Assembly (NCBI RefSeq): GCF_001194135.2
Contig: NC_068981.1
Span: 146,761,392-146,825,391, forward strand
Direction: 5' to 3'
DNA length: 64,000 bases
From: Octopus bimaculoides
Lineage: Eukaryota
Below the pieces are notes generated by a model. That model did not search any database and had not been told where the DNA came from. It saw only the letters and a program-made list of their open reading frames with translations. The position numbers and the translations under genes are program-made. Position 1 is the stretch's first letter, and each line of letters opens with the position of its first letter. Positions 27,739-39,666 of the stretch are shown here, piece after piece.

Positions 27739-27985
27739 CTGGATTCTTTTAACACTTGATTTGGCTTCATTAAAATTTCTGATAGCCATGAATATAAAGA
27801 ACAGCATACTAAATGATAGTATGTGCATCAGAGGGCGTATAATGAAAAGAGTTTCAGGGAATATCTTATTTCCCACTGTGTATATTATCACAACTGTTAT
27901 ATAAACAAGAAAGTAGTGAGCATCTAAACTGCATAAATGTATGGAACTCAAATATTTGGTCATCTTAATATAATGAAGCTCAAGT
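27739..27985 (-). CDS. ABCC4: Alternative exon-8 variant A (247 nt; LELHYIKMTKYLSSIHLCSLDAHYFLVYITVVIIYTVGNKIFPETLFIIRPLMHILSFSMLFFIFMAIRNFNEAKSSVKRIQ), TM5-TM6
   Basis: Within ORF 27703..28023. Acceptor cctttgtatttcag|A, donor CAG|gtaaaa. 1+82x3 nt fits phase 2 from exon 7. Ends like human exon 8 (SEAIVSIRRIQ). Confidence 0.9.
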
Positions 27986-29527
27986 CTGAAATACAAAGGA
28001 AGTAAAACAAAACAAAGTACCATTACTATAGAGATGAAATTAAAGATAAAATGTAAAGATATTAGTCATTTTGATAAGTATTGAATATTTCAACTGGTTA
28101 TTAAATATTATATTATGGTATCAAAGCTTATTACAATCCAATTCAGTATACCTCACTTCCTTTCCTCGTAATTAAAACCATATGAACATATCAAAAGCAG
28201 TTGGACTGACAACCTAGTAAAGCACATCCATTTAGTGTCCCATGAATTAAGTGCATGGTGATGAATTGTAGCATGGTCTAAGACTAGATTAAAGAAATAT
28301 TTATAAAAATTTTCAAGATATTCATAGGTCTTCTAGATCAAGCCATTTTAATTTCATCTGATATGTGATCAAAAGAGTCCCACCTGTGATAATCCCTCAA
28401 GATGAGAAGTGGTAAATTCACAATTGCTCCCATTGTTATTACTTAGCTAAGGTCAACCTTTATCAGTCTTATGATCAAAGACACTCCCATTGTGACCACC
28501 CAGTTGTTTTAAAAAGTAAAAAAGACTCCCTTCAGTCATGAATGACCAAGAGATTGCACCAAGACAGTTCCTCTCCTAGGCACACAAGTCTTGGCATGAT
28601 TGCTTATGGAAGACAAGCAGTTGCCCATGCATACCAGCCTCCCCCTCTCCACACCACCAATGTTATCAGCTCGGCACTAGTGACAATGATTCATTTCTAC
28701 AGCTGAGTGAACTGGAGCAGCATGAGATAAAGTGTCTTGCTCAAGAACACAACACACAGCCTGGCTCGGGAACTGAACTCACTACCTCATGATTGTGAGC
28801 CAGATGTTTCTAACCACTGAGCCATGAGCAAGTATGTGTAAGACTACATTATCTAATGTTTCCTTTCTTCAATTAAGACAGCAGGATGTGAATTAAGGGA
28901 GAATAGGTTGCTATTTCTAGATCATGTGACCACACTGATGCTCTTTTGTTGACTTGTGATAGCAAGAGTATTCCAGTGAAGAGCAGTGACCAGTTATTAG
29001 CTTTGAAAGACATAATGATGGTACAATGTCACAAAACTACTATAATTAATGGGATATGTGATGCATTTGTCATTGTGTGCGATGTAGTCAACAGAGAAAG
29101 AAGAAAGTAGATATTAATACATTACTAAAATAGAGACATTTACCATACAATATTTGAAGTTTTTTATATATATGAAAAAAAATGCTTTATTAAATACATG
29201 TATCAAAATAACGTTTCACAGATTCAGGTGAACAGTTCATGAACATGAATTAAACAAATATTGATGATAGATGATAGACAACAGATAGTAAATAGCAGAT
29301 GACAGTAGTAATTTTCTAAAATGCAGCTGAGGGTCAGGTAGTGGATTGGATGATTCAATAAAACATCAAATAAAATGTCTGAAATATTAAGATACAGACT
29401 GTTTACATTCTGAGTTCAAGTCCCATTGAGATCTACTTGCTCTTTCATTCCTTCCAGGGAAGAAATATAAAGCATTCTACTCATGAATGGAATTATAATT
29501 GAAGACTAACATTTTTATGCATGAATA

Positions 29528-29868
29528 TACAGGCAAAATTAAGTCATCACTTATTGTGACTGCATGTGCTACAAGCACATATATTGCTAGAAACAGCATT
29601 TAAACCACTTATAGCTGTGAAAAAACATATTTATACATATGCTGACAAGGTAGATAACAGTCCCATGAGTGAAGCGAAGCTAGAACACTGGACTGCACAG
29701 TTTCATCCCAAAGGATATTGTCAACAGTGTGCCTTCATCACTTTGATACAGTAAATTCCCTATATGAATGTCCTTTTTCACAGCTATAAGTGGTTTAACT
29801 GCTATTTCTAGTAATATATGTTTGTAGCACATACAGTCACAATAAGTGATGACTAAATTTTGCCTATA
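29528..29868. mobile_element. Tc1/mariner-type MITE with ~110-bp inverted arms
   Basis: ta-caggcaaaattaagtcatcacttattgtgactgcatgtgc...ttatagctgtgaaaaa is mirrored at 29765-29868. TA flanks. Confidence 0.8.
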
Positions 29869-31194
29869 CAGTTTACATTGTACCCAGCTATCCACATTAA
29901 TTTTATATATGAATGAGTGTTTGGAGGGTATATTTGAGTGTATTTGGGATGCAGGGGCTCAGATAAATGTAGTACCTTTGCTACTTGTCAGCTGTACTTT
30001 GCCAGGGATGGTCAGGTGGATGGGCATCACTGGTCCTCATTCAGCTCCTAATTTCTTACTTGAGGGCTCTTAGCACCACACCCCAATGCCCCACTTCAAC
30101 TGATGGGCTAAACTAAGTGAGGGGATGATGTTAACATTGCATCAATAAGCAAAAGGTATTTGGTAAAGTTTCCCACAGAGTCATCAGCTAGGATGTTGGA
30201 ACCTACTCAGGTCAATGGCCTAGTGTTCGGGGGTCAAGGCATGTCACAAGTAGAGGCATGCGGTTGTGGCTAATAGCTTTGAGGGGAATGGGTGCTGCCA
30301 AGCTAACTTACCCACGATATGTTTAGGATGATGGTAACCATACCAGAACCCATACCACATTGGTTGTCTCCAAGGTTAACATCAAAACGTGGACAGGTTT
30401 CAATTTTGTCAACTCACAGACAACAGCAGAAGACTGAGAAAAGTAGCAAAATCTGGTTGTGACATCATCAATGAATACCTCAATGACCACATGGTCAAGT
30501 GATAAGAAGAATGGAATGAGGTATTTTAGTATATGTATGCATATATATGCATGTAGATATGTATAAATGTACAAATACACCCTCCTGGGTCTGGTCTTGT
30601 CATGTTCCATAGATCCGGGAGAGCAATTACCATCTGGATCTTTACTCCTGGTAGGGACACCCTAGGTGGGCAAGTCTCCTGGGGAGGTTCCAGACTAACA
30701 GTCACCCACAGAATGTTGGCTCATTGCCAAGATGGCAGCCCCATCATCTGACTATTCTGCAGAGGACCAACAACCCACCCAGAAGAACTTTCAGCCTGTT
30801 GCAACACTGACCAGAAGAAACCAGACTACCCAACATTGGTACAGACCCCTGCATGCCCCCAGACAATGAAAAATCAACTTACACTACAAAATTCATGTTG
30901 CTACATGGAACCAGTATGTATAAATGTATATGTTTATATCTGTAAAGCCTCTATTTAGCACCAACTTTTGCAACCCTAACCCCTCTCATCTTCCTGGTAA
31001 TCACTTTTCAGCTTTCACTCATCTCCCCACTCACTTCAACCATCTCATCTTTCTGTCAATCATACCTCTCCGTCCTTTGTCTCCCCAGCATCTATGAAGC
31101 TTGTAGTCTATGAATGGCTGCACTTCATATCATTTCCTTTAGTCTCTCTCTCCATTTCTTTCACTACACTTACCTCTCTATTTCTCTGTCTATG

Positions 31195-31235
<41 letters not shown>

Positions 31236-31567
31236 CAAAATGAGATAACAAAACCAATGCTGTGAGGAGTTTTCAGNNNNNNNNNNNNNNNNNNNNNNNN
31301 NNNNNNNNNNNNNNNNNNNNNNNNNNNNNNNNNNNNNNNNNNNNNNNNNNNNNNNNNNNNNNNNNNNNNNNNNNNNNNNNNNNNNNNNNNNNNNNNNNNN
31401 NNNNNNNNNNNNNNNNNNNNNNNNNNNNNNNNNNNNNNNNNNNNNNNNNNNNNNNNNNNNNNNNNNNNNNNNNNNNNNNNNNNNNNNNNNNNNNNNNNNN
31501 NNNNNNNNNNNNNNNNNNNNNNNNNNNNNNNNNNNNNNNNNNNNNNNNNNNNNNNNNNNNNNNNNNN

Positions 31568-31761
31568 AGTATATTTGCCACTTAAATGTGGTTAAACCCT
31601 AAGGGTGAATGTTACTGTTGGTTTTAGCCCCAGGAGAACATCTCCTCAAGCTGGCTATTGACACACATCAATAGCCAGCTGGAGGAGATGTTATTCTGGG
31701 GCTAAAAGCAACAGTAACATTCACCCTTAGGGTTTAGCAGCATTTAAGTGGCAAATATACT
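31568..31761. mobile_element. 194-bp near-perfect palindrome (MITE-like fold-back)
   Basis: Arms agtatatttgccacttaaatg...ggctattga and tcaatagcc...catttaagtggcaaatatact around a ~6-nt loop. Related fragments at ~5830-5890 and ~63320-63350. Confidence 0.8.
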
Positions 31762-31813
31762 TCATGTTGTCGTGCAGTTACTGTTTATACTTCGTTCAGA
31801 GATTTAACATTGT

Positions 31814-31864
<51 letters not shown>

Positions 31865-32319
31865 GCGTGCGCGCGCGTGTGTGAGTGTGCGTGTATGTGT
31901 ATTATATGTATGTATAGCATGTGTGTATGTGTGTGTGTCTGTGTGTATTCATCTATGTATTATACATAGTGTATATCCCATTGACAGGAAAGTTACTGCA
32001 GCTTTTTTCTGAGATAAAATCTCTTATGGTCATGCTGCATTTAAAAACACAATTATTATTGGAAGGAAACAAAAAAAATCATCTCGGCAGTGGCTGATGA
32101 GAATGCCACATGCATTTCAGCTGTCTTAGGGCTTGTCAATGGTGTGTACTCCCAGACAATCACATGCCCAGATATAATTTGTTGCCTTTGAAAATAGTAA
32201 ATAATACATTCCCTGGTATTGTAAATAGCTGCTGGGTTAGATAAAGTAGTATCATATTTACATTATTAGAAGATAAAATACAGTGGTTTCTGTCTGAGTT
32301 AAAATCTCTAATGGAAATG

Positions 32320-32364
<45 letters not shown>

Positions 32365-34692
32365 ATCCTTAGGCTCAAGTGACAAAATAGATGAAGTAGA
32401 TAAAAGGAAGTAATCGTCTAATATATCACCCTTTATCCAAGACAGCAGGTAGCCAGCAAATAAGGTGAAAGTCACGTCACTGAACTTTAAACAGATAAAT
32501 ATATCATTGAAATATTTACAAATGCAAAATCAGAAACATTATATGTAAATTCACAGACAAATAACAAAATCAAACTACTGAAGGATGGATTTTGGAATCA
32601 TGTAATAGATTGACATCTCATTCATTCAAGGCTTACTTTTCTCAACATGGTTAAATACTTAGCTATTAAAGTATTGTGCTCAGTATATTTAGTGTTAACA
32701 GTTACTTTAGTAACTAGTTTCAATGCTGATGTCACCCCTGAGTAATTTTTTTCATTCATTAATTTTTTTTTTTGTTAGATTAATTTTAACACCAGCCCCC
32801 AAATACATGCATATTTTGAATTTTAATTAATTGAAATTTGAGTCTTAAATCCTCATTTTACTGTTTTGATATTTGGAGTTGTCACACCTAACTCTCTTGG
32901 CACATTTAAGTACAAATTCAATATTTTCCTTCTTCATTAACTAAAGTTTACTTGCTCAGCATATAAAAATTTATGAGAGGTTACTTTACTATACAAATAT
33001 TCTAGTTTATATTGTATGAAGGAAGCATTGAAAATCTAACTAGAAATAATCAGAATAGGGGTGGTGTGGTGAGAAATATTAGTCAATGCCTAATATACTT
33101 TTTACTTTTCTTGCATGTATGGGAGACGATTTCAGACATGTTTTGGTTTTTTTATGAATTTGCCAGTGAGCTTAGGCTTCATTGCATCTACCAAAATAGT
33201 GATGAGAAAATCCTTAAATGTATGTCCATGATCATATGGCACAATAAAACAATTGTTTAAAGAAAGAATAATCCAAAAATACTATCTGCTACTTGAAAAA
33301 CTATAGCTAAATTATTGTTAGCTTATTTAATGTAGGGAACATTAAGAAGGTAACTAGAAATAATTGTGCAAGGAGGTAAAAACATATCAAATCAATGTCT
33401 AATATCATATTCATGCTCTTAGCAAGTAAGGAAGATAAAAGCTGTAAAATACACTGAAGCACTTGGATAGTTTCAGCAATGCAGGAACACCAACCAGTGA
33501 AGAACAGAAATTTTGATAGTTTTTTGGGGGGTTTTTTGCCTTTTTATTTTGAATAATAATTATCAAAACTAAACAATAACCTTTTTTTTAACCAAGTTAT
33601 GCATTTACTTTTTGATTTTTAGACTAAGTGGAAGGAGGACATTCTATGGCTCTATGGAAGGAGGTAATATAGTTGAGGTTAATAAGATTAGTGTTCACTT
33701 TCAATTGTGTTAGGTTAATTGATATAAGAAAATAGTTGTCATGAAAGAGTTTCAGAATGATGCAATTCACAGATGCAATTCTAGGATGCCATTCAAGGAT
33801 GCAATTTTAGGCAAAGTATTTTGTATGATTCAGGCACAAATGACAGTGGTATAGCAGTCAAAAACAGAACTGAGTATGACATTGACATTTAATAAAGGAG
33901 ATAATGAGACAGAATAAACAAATGCAGTAAATAAAATGCATACAATAAAATAATAAATACAAGTGAATTAAAAATATGTATTCCTAAATAAGTATTATTT
34001 TATCAACTTTTACTTTTTGTTATTCTTTCGATGGTAACAATGAGTCCTTGATTTATCAGGTTTAGATCTCAGTTCCAATTCTAAATTAAAACTATTTCAT
34101 TTACCCTTAGATGTTAGTTGAGATATATACATTTTCTTCAGTGCTAACCTCCTCATCTTCAACTAGTTAACTGTTCATTAAATGTATTCTATTATAATCC
34201 TATCTAGTTCTTTTACATTAGGCTATGGACAGCGAAAATCCCCATTATACTACTGAAATGCACTTAAAGTAAGGGGTGTTGTTACAGAGGTTGAGATTAT
34301 ATGTTTATTTATCATATTTCTCTCTGATCTATGAACTATAATAAAACAAGGATAAGCCTATTGGTTTATATTTTCCTTTGCGAATCAATTATCCAACGAT
34401 GCTAATCATCATAGGTGGATTAACAAAAAAAAGTAAATTCAATTTATCCTTCTCAATAGATCTAAAGTTCCATGACCAGATAATGATGTATTATTACATG
34501 GAAAAATGCAAGCGAGAGAAATAATATTCTTAAGATTATAAACTTAGAAAAGTACAGGACTAGTTATTACATCTGGTAAAGTACAGAACAAGAAAATTTT
34601 TACTTAAAATATTTCATGCCGTTTATGCTTTATGACGTCCTGTACCCATATATGCATATGTATATACATATATATGTATGTATGTATACATG

Positions 34693-34786
<94 letters not shown>

Positions 34787-37291
34787 CATACACACACCCA
34801 CACACATATAAGCATATATATATATATATATAACAGGTGTATTAGTTTAACACTTGGGAAGTGAGAAAGTCTTTTATGTTTTGAGCCTACACTCTTCGAC
34901 AGAAAGGAACACAGAAATAGACAGGGAGAGAAAATAGAAAAGGTTCAGTGGCTAATGATCTATCATTATCTATATGTATACACATGTTATTAAAAATCTC
35001 TGATGGTTAAAACAAACTGAAAACAGATTAGAGATTTATAAAAAAATTTACTGTTATTAATAACTAACGAGGAAAATATATTGAGAATGTATATTCAGAT
35101 TTTCTCAAAATCTAAAGGTTATTCAACTTAAAATAATAAAATGGAACAATTCAAACATTAAAGTTTCTCTTGTATCATTTTATTGTTTTCTAAACAAGTC
35201 ATTGTTGTGATCTTAAAAGAAATTTCAAGAGATAGTTGAGTAGTATTTATACTGTTTACAATGTTTATAGTGTTTACAAGTGTCAGATATAGGAAATATT
35301 TCAAATCTCAGAAATAAATCATCATTTAACCGCCAAGTTCATCCTGGCATACAGAAGATCCCGTCATGACCAAACAGTCTATTTTTAGGGGTGTGTAGGA
35401 CTATATTATTTATTATGTTCTTTTCTTTATCTATGACAACAAGCAGGATGTGATTTAAGAGAGATTTGGTTGCTATTTTTAGCAATTTGCATGACAATGT
35501 AGAGACTCCTTTGTTAGTTTGTATTTATGAACTTTATAGACAAGTCAATGAAGAAATAAAATATGCGTAACAATGAAATATGAGCTTAGTATGGCATTGA
35601 ATTGGAGACTGTTGTAAAATTTAATACCGTAATAGTAAATATGACCATCACTTAAATAATATGTAACTAAACTGAAAGAATAAACAAATTTTTTTAAGCT
35701 ATGAAAAGAGTTTTATGCTCACAATTTCTCTCATAATGATTTCTAACATAAGCACAAGATTTCAAAATTAAGTAGAAGGAAAATAGCTTATTTAATCAAC
35801 CCCAATCTATTAAAAAAAAAAAAGACCTATGAGGCCACTCAATTTGCCAGAAATAGCAACTAAATCTCTCTCAAATCACATCTTACTGTCTTTAAAAAAC
35901 AAGGACATATTAGGTTACTCAGTCAACTAGAAATAGCAACTAAATTTCATTCAAATGACACCTTACTGTCTTCAAAAAAAAAAAAGGACACATTGGATAA
36001 TGTGGTCCTTGGTGCACTGCATTCAGAAAAAGATATGATTATCACAGCTTGAATGCCTTTGAATGAAGAAGATACGTTGGATTCTAATTGACCTGTGGTT
36101 AAACAACTACTTGAATACTTATTTTAACAAACCTGGAATGAGGGAAGTCAAAATCAACAATAAAGGGATTTGAACTCAAAGCAAAGGGGGAACCAATTAA
36201 ATACTGTAAGGTTTTTTCATGCCTGATACTCCTCCAATTCTGCCACTCATCACTCTAATATAAAATTTCTAATAATATATAACATAGAATGATATATAAT
36301 ACATACACCCAATATATCATCATCATCATCATCATCGTTTAACGTCCGCTTTCCATGCTAGCATGGGTTGGACGATTTGACTGAGGACTGGTGAAACCGG
36401 ATGGCAACACCAGGCTCCAATCTAATTTGGCAGAGTTTCTACAGCTGGATGCCCTTCCTAATGCCAACCACTCAGAGAGTGTAGTGGGTGCTTTTACGTG
36501 TCACCTGCACAAAAACGGCCACGCTCGAAATGGTGTCTTTTATGTGCCNNNNNNNNNNNNNNNNNNNNNNNNNNNNNNNNNNNNNNNNNNNNNNNNNNNN
36601 NNNNNNNNNNNNNNNNNNNNNNNNNNNNNNNNNNNNNNNNNNNNNNNNNNNNNNNNNNNNNNNNNNNNNNNNNNNNNNNNNNNNNNNNNNNNNNNNNNNN
36701 NNNNNNNNNNNNNNNNNNNNNNNNNNNNNNNNNNNNNNNNNNNNNNNNNNNNNNNNNNNNNNNNNNNNNNNNNNNNNNNNNNNNNNNNNNNNNNNNNNNN
36801 NNNNNNNNNNNNNNNNNNNNNNNNNNNNNNNNNNNNNNNNNNNNNNNNNNNNNNNNNNNNNNNNNNNNNNNNNNNNNNNNNNNNNNNNNNNNNNNNNNNN
36901 NNNNNNNNNNNNNNNNNNNNNNNNNNNNNNNNNNNNNNNNNNNNNNNNNNNNNNNNNNNNNNNNNNNNNNNNNNNNNNNNNNNNNNNNNNNNNNNNNNNN
37001 NNNNNNNNNNNNNNNNNNNNNNNNNNNNNNNNNNNNNNNNNNNNNNNNNNNNNNNNNNNNNNNNNNNNNNNNNNNNNNNNNNNNNNNNNNNNNNNNNNNN
37101 NNNNNNNNNNNNNNNNNNNNNNNNNNNNNNNNNNNNNNNNNNNNNNNNNNNNNNNNNNNNNNNNNNNNNNNNNNNNNNNNNNNNNNNNNNNNNNNNNNNN
37201 NNNNNNNNNNNNNNNNNNNNNNNNNNNNNNNNNNNNNNNNNNNNNNNNNNNNNNNNNNNNNNNNNNNNNNNNNNNNNNNNNNNNNNNNNNN

Positions 37292-37332
<41 letters not shown>

Positions 37333-37556
37333 ACTAACTTATAAGTGTCAGTATTCTACAGAAAATAGAGGAAAGAATGCAGGAAGGCCGTGAAAATAGC
37401 TTAGAAAATGGAGTAAATACCCTGTAGAAGAGAAAAAAATGTGGCCAGCAAGCCTCCACATGAAATTGAACCTTGTACTTCTCAAAATCCAGCTGCGTAC
37501 TCAGTACTATTAAGCTAAGAGACCCCTGACAACAAATATTATCATTTTATAATATA

Positions 37557-37945
37557 TACTCTTTTACTCTTTTACTTGTTTCAGTCATTTGACTGCGGCC
37601 ATGCTGAAGCACCGCCTTTAGTCGAGCAAATCGACTAGGACTTATTCTTTGTAAGCCTAGTACTTATTCTATCTGTGTCTTTTACCGAACCGCTAAGTTA
37701 TGGGGATGTAAACACACCAGCATCGGTTGTCAAGTGATGTTGGGGGGACAAACACAGGCACACAAACACACACACACATATATATACGATGGGCTTCTTT
37801 CAGTTTCCGTCTACCAAATTCACTCACAAGGCTTTGGTCGGCCCGAGGCTATAGTAGAAGACACTTGCCAAAGGTGCCACGCAGTGGGACTGAACCCGGA
37901 ACCATGTGGTTGATAAGCAAGCTACTTACCACACAGCCACTCCTC
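37557..37945 (-). mobile_element. SINE of a third family (partial copies at ~790-945, 2600-2715, 19130-19285, 26620-26960, 39440-39610, 49350-49640, 51720-51767)
   Basis: Recurrent cacaaggctttggtcggcccgaggctatagtagaagacacttgcc(c/a)aaggtgccac...gggactgaaccc...accatgtggttg. Confidence 0.85.
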
Positions 37946-39625
37946 TGCGAGAAGGAAATAAATCATGAAAAGTGAGAGGTGAAGATAGATTTATTTTTCC
38001 ATATGACTTCCATATCATTACAACTGTTTTGTAACTTTCATCATGTAGTATCATTAATTTTAGTATGCAAAATTATAAGTGTGTGGTTACATCAATATGT
38101 ATGCGCAGCATTATACAATACAATTGTATATTCACAAATTGATGTAAAGAAAGAAAGCCAACTCATCAGATCACTGAAACATCACATAATAATATGAGAT
38201 TTCATTGATGTGCTTGTTTTGCTTATTTTTAGAATGACATTGTAGGATAGGTGTGAGAGGCTGTATCCAGCCAGTTTGTGCATAAAACAAGTTGAATATT
38301 TTAACTGGATACAGCAGGATTAAATGCTAAAGGGTTAAGTCAGTATCACCATCCAGTAAATTTCACTGTCTAATGAAATTCGTAGTTTTCAAACATTGAC
38401 AATACATAAAACTTTGAAGGCTCAAATCAGTTGAAATGGTAAAGCTTCAAATTTGAAAGTACTTATTATAATGACTGTAAATATTGGTTTCAAATTTTGG
38501 CACAAGGCCAGCAATTTAGCGGGAGGGGGTAAATCGATTAGATTGACCCTAGTGCTCAACTGGTACTTATTTTTATTGACCCTGCAGAAATGAAAGGCAA
38601 AGTGGACTTCAGCAGAATTTGAACTCAGAACTTAAAGATGGACAAAATGCCACTAGCCATTTTGACTGACATTCTAACAGTTCTGACAGTTTGTCGCCTT
38701 AATGGCTGTAAATATTATAAAAACAACAGCTTTATGAATTAATATGGTGCAAAGAGGTAAAACCTTAAGGAATTTCTAAACTCATTCTAAAATATTCAAG
38801 GTCATTCTTATCAGTATGTTTTTCTTTCTCTCATTTATATCCAACCAGTCATTTAGTTATGCCATCACATAAATTCAGTATTTGATATGTCACAAAATAA
38901 TTAAGTACTACACACAGTTCTATAACTGTTAAAGAGAATGATTATGATGATGATGATGAAGAACAATCATGACAACAGCAATATGGGGATGATCACAACA
39001 ATGATGATGATGATGACATCTTCTATCCACATAAGCTTCAACTAAAGTAGATTATCCACATCCTCCTATTACCTACAGTTTCTAGATATCATCTTAATAT
39101 AGTTTCTCTAGGCTAAGGTTAATCACTTATAGGCTTACTTGTGGAAAACAAGGGTTAGAAAATACTTCAAAGTATGAGTGAGGCTCACAATTGAGTGTTG
39201 TACTCACATCTGTGACAGTGCTGCCTCTACTCACAGAGACATACTAAACTATATCCAAGAAAGATATTCAACTGATTGACATGAAAGCAGTTGGAGTGTT
39301 AGCATGAGTGTACTAATACACTCCAGCCTCATCTTCATGAAGTTCTACCCTCTCTGCCTTTTTTATTTTTTACTTCTACTACAGTAGCATGTACTTCCTG
39401 GAGCTGGCTAGCCTTGTATCACCACCACTCATGCATTTCTAACTCAGTTGACAAATGTGGGTGTGAGGTAAGAAGTTTGCTTCCCAACCACTTGATTCTG
39501 GGTTCAGTCTGAATGACACTTTGGGAAAGTGTCTTTGATTAAAGTCCTGGGCCAACCAAAGCATTCATTGTTGATGGGTTTGTTCAACAGAAACTGAAAG
39601 CCTACCACATGCGCATGCGCATGTG

Positions 39626-39666
<41 letters not shown>

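Noticed and set aside
28140-28180. Weak inverted similarity to the sequence just downstream of the exon 7 donor (possible docking-selector pair)
   Set aside because: Short, gapped, low-complexity match not seen upstream of C or D. Not distinguishable from chance by eye.
33460-33520. Minus-strand ...IAETIQ|GTGCTT resembling an exon-8 3' end
   Set aside because: The upstream frame runs into low-complexity sequence with no TM5 or ELH start, and the donor is poor.
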